Positions 8,972 through 17,938 of a DNA stretch of 64,000 bases are shown piece after piece (position 1 is the stretch's first letter; each line of letters opens with the position of its first letter). The DNA is taken from positions 80,467 through 144,466 of the forward strand of contig JACPHT010000007.1 in NCBI GenBank assembly GCA_016188475.1, read 5' to 3'. Origin of the DNA: Candidatus Uhrbacteria bacterium. Its GTDB lineage: Bacteria; Patescibacteriota; Patescibacteriia; UBA9934; GWF2-40-263. Position numbers and translations under genes: made by a program. Under the pieces are notes generated by a model. The model was given only the letters and a program-made list of their open reading frames with translations. It was not told where the DNA came from and searched no databases.

Positions 8972-10366
8972 CTACTGGCAGATCTCGAAATCCTCCAAGA
9001 AAAAGAGAAAATCGAGGCCAGGAACCAGCACTGTCACATCGCCGGGAGTTCCGCTGACTTCATCGCCGGTCAGATCGTCAATCACTGTCGTGTACTGACC
9101 TCCGACCCAGAACGTAAACGGATTGCCGTCCTCCACAACGTAGCTGTTTGTGTGAAGAACACCGCCGTTCTCGAGTTCGGCGCAGAGGTTCTTTGCCGTG
9201 ATGAAGAGATTGTTCTGATTGAAGAAGATACCTCCGTAACCGTCGTCTGTTTCGTAAAAGCCGGCCACTCCGCACTCGAATCCATCTTCTGCAGGAAATT
9301 CCTTTGGAAGAAAACACTCGAGTTCGATAGTTACGTCGGTATAGACGCAACCGTCTTCACCTTCGCACACTTCGGTCGTGAGCTTATCGTTGTCGTCGCA
9401 GAGATTCTTTCCAGGCCCGACTTCGTCGATCTTGCCGTCGCAATCGTTGTCTTCTCCGTCGCAGATTTCTCCGCCATCCGGATAAGAGTGGCTTTCCGCG
9501 TCGTCGCAGTCTGTCTTGTCTAGCACATAACCATTCTCGACAGAACAGCCAAGCTTTGACTCAAGCGGATCGCCGAACCCATCACCATCAGCGTCGAGAT
9601 AGAATGCGATCTTGACCCCCTCGTCTGTCAGTCCGTCGCAGTCGTTGTCAGCTTTGTCACAGACTTCAATCGCATCCGGATAGCTTGACGAGTCGTCGTC
9701 ATCGCAGTCGCTCGCGTTTCCGACGTAATCATTCGGCTGATCGCAAGCGGACAGTGCGACTTCTTCGTCACCGAATCCGTCGCTGTCCTCGTCGACGTAC
9801 CACGACTTCTGCGTCGTGTCGTCGAGCGACGTGTCTTCGTCGTCGATGTCTTCGTCGCAATCGTTGTCCAAGCCGTCGCAGACTTCGGTCGCGCTCGGAT
9901 TGACGTCCTTGTTCGAGTCGTCGCAGTCTCCGCCAACAGCGACAAGAAAGTTCGCGCCATCACATCCGTCAACGATCGACTGATCAGAGTCTCCGAATCC
10001 GTCATTGTCAGAATCGAGATACCAGACACTGCCCGTTGATTCGTCAACCACTCCGTTGCAGTTCTGATCCACATTGTCGCAGACCTCTGTTGCGTTCGGG
10101 TGAATAGCCGAAACATTGTCGTTGCAGTCCTGCATGAGCTCGTTTTCCGCATTGCCGCAGAACCCGTCGTTGTCCTGATCTTCACACACGAAAACCGGAG
10201 GACTTGAGGTGTCAGGCTCTGGCAGAGCCGAGTCAACACCCGGCTGTGGCGATTCGATGGCGTCCTGGCCGGAATATTCCGCTTCCAGGTTGCCGAATGG
10301 ATTGCTATCGCAACTGGCCGAGGCCAGTGCGAGAGCGACAAGAGCAGAACCGAGCATCTTGCACAT
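8972..10366 (-). CDS. secreted lipoprotein with MopE-type repeats (FxDxDGDGFGD + CDDxxxxxxPxAxExCDxxDNDCDG)
   Basis: Start chosen at MCKMLGSALVALALASASC (SD aaggagag 6 nt upstream). Repeats WYLDSDNDGFGD, WYVDEDSDGFGD, FYLDADGDGFGD. Confidence 0.75.
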   Translation of the reverse strand: MCKMLGSALVALALASASCDSNPFGNLEAEYSGQDAIESPQPGVDSALPEPDTSSPPVFVCEDQDNDGFCGNAENELMQDCNDNVSAIHPNATEVCDNVDQNCNGVVDESTGSVWYLDSDNDGFGDSDQSIVDGCDGANFLVAVGGDCDDSNKDVNPSATEVCDGLDNDCDEDIDDEDTSLDDTTQKSWYVDEDSDGFGDEEVALSACDQPNDYVGNASDCDDDDSSSYPDAIEVCDKADNDCDGLTDEGVKIAFYLDADGDGFGDPLESKLGCSVENGYVLDKTDCDDAESHSYPDGGEICDGEDNDCDGKIDEVGPGKNLCDDNDKLTTEVCEGEDGCVYTDVTIELECFLPKEFPAEDGFECGVAGFYETDDGYGGIFFNQNNLFITAKNLCAELENGGVLHTNSYVVEDGNPFTFWVGGQYTTVIDDLTGDEVSGTPGDVTVLVPGLDFLFFLEDFEICQ

Positions 10367-10519
10367 TGACCTCTCCTTGTTGTGCAGACCACACATCATG
10401 GCCTGATTTCAAGCTGTTTTCCAATAAAAATAGCCTAAAACCATTCCACGATGAACGCATATGTTTATCATTTTGTTGGAAATATGTCAATAGCGTGTAG
10501 AAAAAACATCCAATTTCAG

Positions 10520-10714
10520 TCATTGCGAGCGAAGCGAAGCAATCTGACCCGCAAGGTCTCATCCCAAGCCCTTCGACTTCGACAAATTTATAGCCTGAGC
10601 TTGTCGAAGGCTTAATTTGTCTTCGCTCAGTGTAAACTCCGTGAGCCGAAGGCGAACATGGTCGAGGGATCTCGCGTGATTGCTTCGTCGTCGCTTTGCT
10701 CCTCCTCGCAATGA
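10520..10714. mobile_element. MITE family B copy carrying a nested family-A element
   Basis: Same TIRs as 33-113 (tcattgcgag ... ctcctcgcaatga) with ccttcgacttcgacaaatttatagcctgagcttgtcgaaggc inserted inside. Confidence 0.55.
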
Positions 10715-10811
10715 CAACTATATTCCAAAAACTAAAGAGACCCCGGACAAACACTTGCAGTGTGCAAGTGAATGCCGGGGTCAGAAAGAAGAAAGGGGAC
10801 AAGTGAGGACA

Positions 10812-11792
10812 TTAGAACTGTATCAGAGCAGAACATCCTTGTCCATTGGGTGCAGACCATGTCTCGACATCCTCGGTGGTATAAACCACCCCCAGGAAGA
10901 TAACCTGGATAGAAACATCGTCGAGGATGCTGGCCGTGCGATCGTTGCCCATGCACAGCCACGAATCAGCCGGGTCGCCTTCGGCCACGTTGAAACGTAG
11001 GCCGAGGAAATTATCCGCGTCGTCGAACGACGCTTCGAAATACAGTCCACTCGAGTCGGACGTCGCGGCCTTGCCTTCAGTCCACCATCCGCCGAGATCA
11101 GACTCGACGGTGTAGACCTGATAGGACAGCACGCGATTCGCGGAAGAACCGTACCGGATCGTGATCGAGAGGTCCGCCTTCGGATCCTCCTGAACCGGCG
11201 CGGTCTCGTCGTCACAGTCGCTGTCAACACCGTCGCCAGGCTCGTCCTCGGCGCCCGGGTGGATGTCCGCGTTCGAGTCGTTGCAGTCGTTGTTGTTTCC
11301 CGAGTACCCCTTTTCGGAGCACACATACAACTCATCACCTGATCCGTACCCGTCGCCGTCCTCGTCGAGATAGACCACGATCGTTTCGAGTCCTTCGTCA
11401 GTCTCGCCGTCGCAGTCGTTGTCGATCTCGTCGCACAGCTCGGTCGCGCCAGTGTGGATGAAATATCCATCCACTAGCCCGTCCTTGTTTGCGTCGTCCG
11501 GGCTGTCGTTGCAGTCCTGCGACGAGCAGTAGCCATCGCCGTCGAGATCCTGACAGTCGGACGTCTCGGGCTCGGCCGCAGGCTCTTCGACAGGTTCGAC
11601 AGCCGGCTCGGACGTGGGCTTCTCGGGTTCGGCCGCAGGCTCCTCGACCGCGGGCTCGGTCTGATCGACCGCTCCCTCGTCGTCCACGTACTCGGCCTCG
11701 ATCCCTCCGCCACAGCCAGTGTTGAGAACGTTGATGGCAAAGATCGCCAAAGTCGCCAGCACCAGAGCGAGAACGGAATAGTTCTTCTTCAT
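10812..11792 (-). CDS. secreted lipoprotein, MopE-type repeats plus a C-terminal beta-rich domain shared with the 12626-13522 protein
   Basis: MKKNYSVLALVLATLAIFAINVLNTGC lipobox. C-terminal ~120 aa alignable with the 12626 gene (DLGGWW..SWLC.GN..AS). Confidence 0.75.
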   Translation of the reverse strand: MKKNYSVLALVLATLAIFAINVLNTGCGGGIEAEYVDDEGAVDQTEPAVEEPAAEPEKPTSEPAVEPVEEPAAEPETSDCQDLDGDGYCSSQDCNDSPDDANKDGLVDGYFIHTGATELCDEIDNDCDGETDEGLETIVVYLDEDGDGYGSGDELYVCSEKGYSGNNNDCNDSNADIHPGAEDEPGDGVDSDCDDETAPVQEDPKADLSITIRYGSSANRVLSYQVYTVESDLGGWWTEGKAATSDSSGLYFEASFDDADNFLGLRFNVAEGDPADSWLCMGNDRTASILDDVSIQVIFLGVVYTTEDVETWSAPNGQGCSALIQF

Positions 11793-11940
11793 TGCTAGTT
11801 CCTTTCTTTTGTTCCCTCCGGGGAACTCTGAACGGGAGCGTGCGAGCGAGAATGGTGACACACCAATCAAGCTATTTTGCACGCCACAGAGAGTCGTCCC
11901 CGGAAGGGTGTCGATCTCTGCGCTAGGAACACAATTCAAT

Positions 11941-12008
11941 TTTATTCCCTGAGCCAGTCGAAGGGATAAAATTGCTTATACTGCCTTCGACAAGCTCAGG
12001 CAATAATT
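11941..12008. mobile_element. MITE-like element family A, short form
   Basis: tttattccctgagccagtcgaaggg ... ccttcgacaagctcaggcaataat. Confidence 0.75.
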
Positions 12009-12036
12009 ATGGACATAGCGCAGAAATCGAGCTTAT

Positions 12037-12213
12037 GGACATCACATTATGACTCCGCACTCCATAAAGAATGAAAAATGGTAATCTGCTTGTTTTTCGC
12101 GTGGAAAATTTCTCACCGTATCTATTGATACGGCTCAAATTTTTCAACGCTCCAAAACTGTGCATCTCACTCATTTTTCATCTTTCTAAGTGCGGTTTCG
12201 TAATGTGGTGTCC
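12037..12213. mobile_element. MITE-like element family C (~177 bp), diverged copy
   Basis: Alignable over its length with 36001-36180 (ctccataaa..tgtttttcgc..ctcacNgtatctatNgataccgct..gctccaaaac..tttctaagt). TIRs ggacatcacattatga / tgtggtgtcc. Confidence 0.65.
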
Positions 12214-12413
12214 ATAAAAGGTACAATTTGTTCATTTTCAGAACAGATTATAATACCACTTTTTGACGATTTTGTCAATAGCCGAATTACGCTAAATATA
12301 TGAAAAAATAAGCCGATTTTTAGATATTTTTAGGAATTGTTTAAAATTTTTGACAAATACCCATTCGACTCCGGTAAATTTATTGCCTTAATCTGTCGTA
12401 AACCAACCATTTC

Positions 12414-12556
12414 TCTCGCTACCTGGTAGCGAGATGGGAATACAAGCTCAGGCAGTAATTTGCCTTCTTTCAGGAAATATTCGATTTCAGTAATAAAGTA
12501 AACAAAAAAGCCTGCTGGTTGAGAAGCAACCATTTCTCTCGCTACCTGGTAGCGAG
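12414..12556. repeat. two copies of palindrome D inside a 35-bp direct repeat (aaccatttctctcgctacctggtagcgagatgNgaata) 122 bp apart
   Basis: Exact duplicates at 12414-12434 and 12536-12556. Confidence 0.7.
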
Positions 12557-12625
12557 ATGAGAATAAAAACACCCACCGACAGAGACGTTGCAGGTTTGCA
12601 ACGTTCTGACGATGGGCAGATAGAA

Positions 12626-13522
12626 CTAGGGACTGCAGTTTGCCGCAGTCGAGATCTTGAGCAAGGCCGAGCATCCGGAGGCAGTGCCGCCCGGAGCCGA
12701 CCAGGTCATAAACGATCCCTTCGTGTACGTGATCCCCTTGTACACGACCGTGATCCCCGCATCCTGATCAAGAGACGCGGTCGAACCGTTTCCAGCGCAG
12801 AGCCAGGACGTTGCGGGATTGCCTTCCGAGACGTTGACGCGGAAACCGCAAATCCCATCCGGAACAGCGTCGAGCGAAAGTCCCACAGACGTGGTGGTGG
12901 AGCTTGCGCTCTTGTCCCACCAGCCGCCCAGGTCCGACTTGTCGTCGTACACCTGCACGTTCAATGTCCTCGGCGCGTTGTCAGGGTAGCTGACCGTGAA
13001 CGTCGCGGTGGTTCCAGAGGTGACCGGCGGAGTTGCAGGACACGCCTCGTCCACCACGCCGTCGCAGTCGTTGTCCACCTTGTCGCAGAGCTCAACTGCA
13101 CCCGGATAAATGTTCGCGTTGTACGGCGCGCAATCCTGCGGTCCGTCCGGGTATCCGTCCTTGTCCGAGTCCGTCGTCGCAGGCGGGTTCGGCGGCGTGG
13201 CACAACCTTCGTCCGTGACTCCGTCGCAGTTGTCGTCCTTGCCGTTGCACATTTCCGTTGCCCACGGGTGGATGAGAACGTTGTTGTCGTTGCAGTCCTT
13301 GCTCGAGAGCACCCCATCGTCGTCGTTGTCAACGAGCGTCGGAGCCGGCGTCGGGGTCGTGTCCTCTTCGACCGGCGGAGTGGAAGTGTCCTTCTCCGGA
13401 GCCGGTGGCGAGTACGCATCCGAACCACCTTCGTCTTCGATGTCCGCAGTGACTCCGCCGCAACCTGCGGCGGTCAGGCACAGAGCGGCCGCAAGGGCCG
13501 CAAGCACCAGGAACCGCTTCAT
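12626..13522 (-). CDS. secreted lipoprotein with MopE-type repeats and the shared C-terminal domain
   Basis: MKRFLVLAALAAALCLTAAGC lipobox. SD aagaggag. DCNDNNVLIHPWATEMCNGKDDNCDGVTDEG repeat. Confidence 0.8.
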   Translation of the reverse strand: MKRFLVLAALAAALCLTAAGCGGVTADIEDEGGSDAYSPPAPEKDTSTPPVEEDTTPTPAPTLVDNDDDGVLSSKDCNDNNVLIHPWATEMCNGKDDNCDGVTDEGCATPPNPPATTDSDKDGYPDGPQDCAPYNANIYPGAVELCDKVDNDCDGVVDEACPATPPVTSGTTATFTVSYPDNAPRTLNVQVYDDKSDLGGWWDKSASSTTTSVGLSLDAVPDGICGFRVNVSEGNPATSWLCAGNGSTASLDQDAGITVVYKGITYTKGSFMTWSAPGGTASGCSALLKISTAANCSP

Positions 13523-13603
13523 TGTAGACTCCTCTTTGTTTTCTCAGGTCATCCCTTTTGGCACTCACCCGAGTGCCTTTGGGAAACCAGGGTGTTTAGT
13601 ATC

Positions 13604-13673
13604 AATATTCCCTGAGGAAGGCCAATTACGGCCTTCGACAGGCTCAGGCAGTAATTGGCCGGAGTCGAAGGGC
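13604..13673. mobile_element. MITE-like element family A
   Basis: atattccctgagg...gccttcgacaggctcaggcagtaat...gtcgaaggg. Confidence 0.65.
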
Positions 13674-13753
13674 TTTGATTTCAAACATCCTAGTTTCCCA
13701 TTTTGATTTTTCAATTTACTTTCTCCTCATATCAGAAGTCGAATTATTATTAC

Positions 13754-13789
13754 CGCCTTCGACAGGCTCAGGCAATAATTCTACTTTTG
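13754..13789. mobile_element. MITE family A solo TIR
   Basis: gccttcgacaggctcaggcaataat. Confidence 0.6.
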
Positions 13790-14048
13790 GTATGAGAACT
13801 CCACACGAGAACCGTGTGGAGTAGATTGTGAAGTGGGACCTGCTCCGTCCTCGTCAGCCAGATGGCGTCAGAGAAACGGAGCAGGGTTGCCCAAGATGCG
13901 GGGAGGAGGCCGCCTAGGGACTATTTCCAAATGCGCGATCTTGCCTCTCACGGGCGCCCTGGCATCTCTTCAACGTACACTTCGGTACGTTTTCAGAGTT
14001 GCCAGCCCGTTCAAGGCAATCTCATCGCATTTGGAAATAGTCTTTGCA

Positions 14049-15518
14049 CTAGCGGATGGCGGAGCCGGTACCTCCACCGAAGGTGAGTGTGAGCATCCCC
14101 AAAGGCTCGACTCCGATAGCCTTGAAAGAACTGCCATCGTCGCGTCCCTGGGTGCCGACTTGCTCGGCGCCGCCTTCGAGACTGATATGAACCGGGACAC
14201 GGAACGAACCGAACTGTGGCGAGAACTCGTAGGCAACTCCTCCGGTCGCGCCACGGCTCTTCGCGTTCACGCCGAGAACGTCGCCGCCCGACTCGTGTTC
14301 GACGAACCTGACGATCGGGCCCACGGAGTGAGCAGAACCGCGCGAGAGCTTGAAGAGCGATTCGACGCCGGCAGTCCAGATGAACCCGTTTTCCGTGTTT
14401 CCCTTCGGAGCCACTTCGTACGGGACACCGACGGCCGCGAGAGCGCGATAGAGTCCACTCTCGAGCTCAGCGCCAACGTGGCCGCCGAGCAGGATAGTCG
14501 GAGCAAGGCCCGGACGAGCAGTCTTGCCGCCCTTGAGCGACACAGAGCTCTGGCCTATGAGAGCGAAACCCACATCGACTCCAGCCGAGACACCTGTGGT
14601 GTGAGCGTACTCAGCGCTTCCCAACGCTAACTGAGCATGCTTTTCTGCACTGTCAGCCAATTCGTAAGCGCGCTTCGTGCCTTGACGTGTCGTGTCAATA
14701 GCACTTTCAATCCTCTGAATTTCTCGCCCAAGGTAATCATCGCCATCTTTGCGCTCATTGGTCTCGTCCTTGAGCGCCTTGTCCAAGCCGGCCAGATCCC
14801 CGACGAGTCCGATGAGCTCACTGCCGACCTTGTCAACTCGGCCACCGAGTTCGGTGAGTCCGGCCTCGGTATTTCCGAGCCGCTCTTCGAACAGTGGGTC
14901 TGCGGGCTTGGAAGCCGTGCCAGAAGTAGCAGCACTGGAGGACGTTCCGCCAGAAGCGGACGTCGCACCAGCACCAGTCGCCTTCTTCGCGCCGCTACCA
15001 GACGATCCACACCGACGCTTACTGCCTTCGCGCAGTTCAGCGTCGTATGAGTCCTTATCGTCCTGATCGAGCACCTCGCGGACGCCGTCGCAGTTCGTGT
15101 CCATGAAGTAGCTTCCCCACTCCATGACGAACTTCCCGCTCGAATAGTTGACGATGCACTTGTCAGCGTTCGCGTCGCACGCCTCGATTTCCTTGAGAAC
15201 GTTCGAGACGCACTTGGCACTGGAGCACTTGAAGGCCTTGATATTGGCCGGCACCTCGAGATCAGACCCGTCGCAGTCGTTGTCGATCCCGTCGCCCAGA
15301 ACCTCATTCGCGCCCGGGTTGACGGCCTTGTCAGCGTCATTGCAGTCTACGATTCCGATCAGCTTGTCGCCGCGATCCGGGTCTGCCACGCACCAGCCAT
15401 CCTTGTCCGAATCCTTGCCGCAATCGGCCGGAGGATGCACGGGCTTCGCGACCGCGTTGAGCACGTTGAGGCACGTTAGCACTACCAAAGACACCAGCAC
15501 CAGACTGAACTTCTTCAT
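14049..15518 (-). CDS. secreted protein with one MopE-type motif, central coiled-coil region and C-terminal beta-rich domain
   Basis: Signal peptide MKKFSLVLVSLVVLTCLNVLNAVA. Motif DCNDADKAVNPGANEVLGDGIDNDCDGSDLE. GC-rich. Confidence 0.7.
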   Translation of the reverse strand: MKKFSLVLVSLVVLTCLNVLNAVAKPVHPPADCGKDSDKDGWCVADPDRGDKLIGIVDCNDADKAVNPGANEVLGDGIDNDCDGSDLEVPANIKAFKCSSAKCVSNVLKEIEACDANADKCIVNYSSGKFVMEWGSYFMDTNCDGVREVLDQDDKDSYDAELREGSKRRCGSSGSGAKKATGAGATSASGGTSSSAATSGTASKPADPLFEERLGNTEAGLTELGGRVDKVGSELIGLVGDLAGLDKALKDETNERKDGDDYLGREIQRIESAIDTTRQGTKRAYELADSAEKHAQLALGSAEYAHTTGVSAGVDVGFALIGQSSVSLKGGKTARPGLAPTILLGGHVGAELESGLYRALAAVGVPYEVAPKGNTENGFIWTAGVESLFKLSRGSAHSVGPIVRFVEHESGGDVLGVNAKSRGATGGVAYEFSPQFGSFRVPVHISLEGGAEQVGTQGRDDGSSFKAIGVEPLGMLTLTFGGGTGSAIR

Positions 15519-15620
15519 CGTAAAAATCCTTTCCCCCTCAAGGGAACTTCTGATTGACAAGCGCTTCAGCGAAGAACTCCTTCGCTTGTTCGCTTGCCGC
15601 AGAGCCGTCCCCTCAAGGGA

Positions 15621-15725
15621 TGATTCGATCTCTGCGACAAGTAGATGTCAGATGTCGGAGGTCAGATGTCGGATTTCTGACTTCCGACTTCTGATTTCTG
15701 ACTCCCGTTTGTCGCAGAGATCGAT
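15621..15725. repeat. ~105-bp imperfect palindrome (outer arms tcgatctctgcgacaa / ttgtcgcagagatcga; inner tcagatgtcgga x2 / tccgacttctga)
   Basis: Perfect 16-bp outer inverted repeat enclosing tandem and inverted 12-mers. Upstream of the 14049-15518 gene. Confidence 0.6.
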
Positions 15726-15778
15726 TTTTATTGAATGATCACGGACACAAGGTCGGTGTCTAGAAGATTGATTATCAC

Positions 15779-15850
15779 ACCCTTCGACTTCGGCAAATTT
15801 ATTGCCTGAGCCAGTCGAAGGCATAAATTTGCCTTCGCTCAGGGAATATA
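15779..15850. mobile_element. MITE-like element family A
   Basis: cccttcgacttcggcaaatttattgcctgagccagtcgaaggc...gccttcgctcagggaata. Confidence 0.7.
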
Positions 15851-16027
15851 TCAATATCCTTGATTCCGCCGTGTATCCTCAAGTGGTTCGACATCCATCA
15901 CATAGCAAGGAGGAGATGCTACGGACGGACATCAAACCGCTTCAGAACACAGTTTTTGCCATATTCAGAACGTCGTAATATAACACAAATCAACAAAATT
16001 GTCAAGAGCCTTGCTTAAACCAAAAAG

Positions 16028-16050
16028 CCCCTTTTTGGGGCTTTGCGAGT
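16028..16050. terminator. hairpin terminator (aaagcccc-tttttg-gggcttt)
   Basis: Immediately downstream of the wzz-like stop codon on the minus strand. Confidence 0.6.
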
Positions 16051-16070
16051 GAAATTACAGCTTTTGTCGC

Positions 16071-16706
16071 TTATTCGTGAACAAACTGATGCCTTTTTCG
16101 AAGACGTTCGGATTGCAGTAAAACATAGGCGATGCCGACAAAGCCGGCCAAGAAGAATCCTGACAGAATGTTGGCAAGCACATTTGGTTTGACAGGCCAG
16201 CGAGAGTTGAGTGGCGCGTCAATCAATCTAACTTGAACATTTCCACCGGACGTAAATTCACCAACACGATTTGTTAAAACAAACGCAACAGCGCGAACAA
16301 TTTGCTCGGCTTGTTTTATATCTTGATGATAAGCCGAAATCGTGAGCAAACCCGATCCGCGCGAAACAGTCGCTGAAACAGTTTTTTTCCACGCGCGGCG
16401 GCTTTGAACATCGTCTGTTGGAAACGCGTCTTCATCAATGTTGAAACCACTATCCATGACTTGATCAAAAAATGTGCTCGTATAAATAATCGTTGAAAGA
16501 TTTTCAGCGATGCGCTCTTCGGAACGAGACGCGGTGTAGGCATCAACTTGAGTTCCGATATTTTGTAAAATAAGCAAACGCGCAGTTGAAGCGTAGCGAA
16601 GCGGTTGAACAAATGAAATGATAAGCGACAAAACAAGTCCGAGCAAACCAAACATGATTATTGTTTGCCAAGCATTTGTTAGATCGCGTAAATGGTTGGA
16701 GGGCAT
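16071..16706 (-). CDS. Wzz/chain-length-determinant family protein (polysaccharide co-polymerase, short form)
   Basis: N- and C-terminal TM helices flanking a periplasmic domain. GNVQVRLIDAP segment. Polysaccharide-locus context. Confidence 0.6.
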   Translation of the reverse strand: MPSNHLRDLTNAWQTIIMFGLLGLVLSLIISFVQPLRYASTARLLILQNIGTQVDAYTASRSEERIAENLSTIIYTSTFFDQVMDSGFNIDEDAFPTDDVQSRRAWKKTVSATVSRGSGLLTISAYHQDIKQAEQIVRAVAFVLTNRVGEFTSGGNVQVRLIDAPLNSRWPVKPNVLANILSGFFLAGFVGIAYVLLQSERLRKRHQFVHE

Positions 16707-16750
16707 AAAAATTGTTTGTCATCTCGACAGTCAAGCAAAAACATTATATC

Positions 16751-17803
16751 TCACTTCCCTACTTCTCCCAAAATCACTTCAACTGTTTTCACTTCTCCCG
16801 CGCGATCAAAAGTAACAGAAACTTTATCGCCAGCTTTGTATTCCTCAAGAATTTCGTCCAATCCATTTTCATAATTTATTGATTCGCCGTTTAAAGTTTG
16901 CAAAATATCGCCAATTTGAAATCCTTTATTTTTTGTATTTCCGTAAACAAGCGCGCCGTTTTTTAATCCTCTACTTTCCTCGCGCGCAATGTCAATTTGA
17001 TGACTTAAATCAATGTAGCTCACTCCAAGCGAAGCGCGAGAAATTTTTTTCGTCTCGAGCAAAGAATGAAACGCCGGCAAAATACTTTCAAACGGAAGAA
17101 CAACTCGATCTTGTCCAAAACCGATTATATCCCCGCTTAAATTGAAAACGATAAATCCTTCTGAAATTTCTTTGTCCAACAAAAAACGTCGTTGCGGTTT
17201 GTCAGATGAAACAGCTACGGCTTTTGGCCAGGTGTGTTCAGTTATGGTTGCCGGCAAAAACGCGCTGGATGATTCAACAACAAACACCTGTTCTCCAACG
17301 CGTGTTTCTCTTCCCTTTCCAAAAGACACAACTGACAAATTGTTTGCGTCAAGTTTCAAAAATAAAGTTTGCGTGACCGAATCATAAGCGCTTTCAACAA
17401 CCGAATACATTTCACCATTCGCTCGAACGCGCGAAGTTTTGAAAGATGAAACGCGAGTTGGATCAACAGACGCAATCGCAACCCAGCCGTCTGTTGTGAG
17501 AACAACACCTCTATCAAAAAGATCGTCTGAAGAATAACCAAGCGGCCCGGCCATTGTTCGGTAAACTTCAACCACACTTGGAAGTGATGATTCAACTAAA
17601 CCTTCGACTGCTTCATTATATGAAGACGGAACATTGCGAGGTTTTTTTTGGTCAACACGAAGCGGCGCTGTTAATTCTGAAAGTTCAAACGCGTAATCAG
17701 AAAGATATGAAGATGTCCAAACAGTGCCCAAAATACCGCTCATTGTTCCAAGAACGATCGCAAGGATTACTGTATAGATGAGTGACTTCCAAGATGAGGG
17801 CAT
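16751..17803 (-). CDS. HtrA-like trypsin-fold protein with C-terminal PDZ domain, catalytic His/Ser motifs not evident (possible pseudo-protease)
   Basis: N-terminal TM anchor. PDZ-like segment GLKNGALVYGNTKNKGFQIGDILQTLNGESI. No GNSGG or TNxHV motifs, unlike the bona fide HtrA at 34385. Confidence 0.5.
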   Translation of the reverse strand: MPSSWKSLIYTVILAIVLGTMSGILGTVWTSSYLSDYAFELSELTAPLRVDQKKPRNVPSSYNEAVEGLVESSLPSVVEVYRTMAGPLGYSSDDLFDRGVVLTTDGWVAIASVDPTRVSSFKTSRVRANGEMYSVVESAYDSVTQTLFLKLDANNLSVVSFGKGRETRVGEQVFVVESSSAFLPATITEHTWPKAVAVSSDKPQRRFLLDKEISEGFIVFNLSGDIIGFGQDRVVLPFESILPAFHSLLETKKISRASLGVSYIDLSHQIDIAREESRGLKNGALVYGNTKNKGFQIGDILQTLNGESINYENGLDEILEEYKAGDKVSVTFDRAGEVKTVEVILGEVGK

Positions 17804-17831
17804 AAGGAAGATGGGTTAGAGGATCCAAAAA

Positions 17832-17907
17832 TTTATCTCCTGAGCCAGTCGAAGGAATAAATATAAGAACATACCGCATTACTGCCTTCGACAGGCTCAG
17901 GCAATAA
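17832..17907. mobile_element. MITE-like element family A
   Basis: tttatctcctgagccagtcgaagg ... gccttcgacaggctcaggcaataat. Confidence 0.75.
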
Positions 17908-17938
17908 TCTTTCTAGCCTTCGACTGTTCGGCACAACA

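Noticed and set aside
12330-12674. ORF 12330-12674 with the duplicated peptide SRYQVAREMV
   Set aside because: The repeat peptide is the translation of the duplicated palindrome-D module, in an intergenic region with no start context.
12557-13615. Long plus-strand ORFs across the GC-rich island (for example 12557-13615, 7655-8194, 9685-9903, 14637-15050, 13110-13706)
   Set aside because: They are antisense to the well-supported minus-strand lipoprotein genes, which have signal peptides, strong SDs and repeat architecture. Their Arg/Ser/Thr-rich nonsense composition is typical of high-GC antisense frames.
6604-15560. GC-rich island as contamination or assembly chimera
   Set aside because: Family-A, B and C MITEs identical to those in AT-rich flanks occur inside the island, and the flanking polysaccharide genes are functionally coherent. 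It is more likely resident horizontally acquired DNA, though read-level confirmation is still needed.
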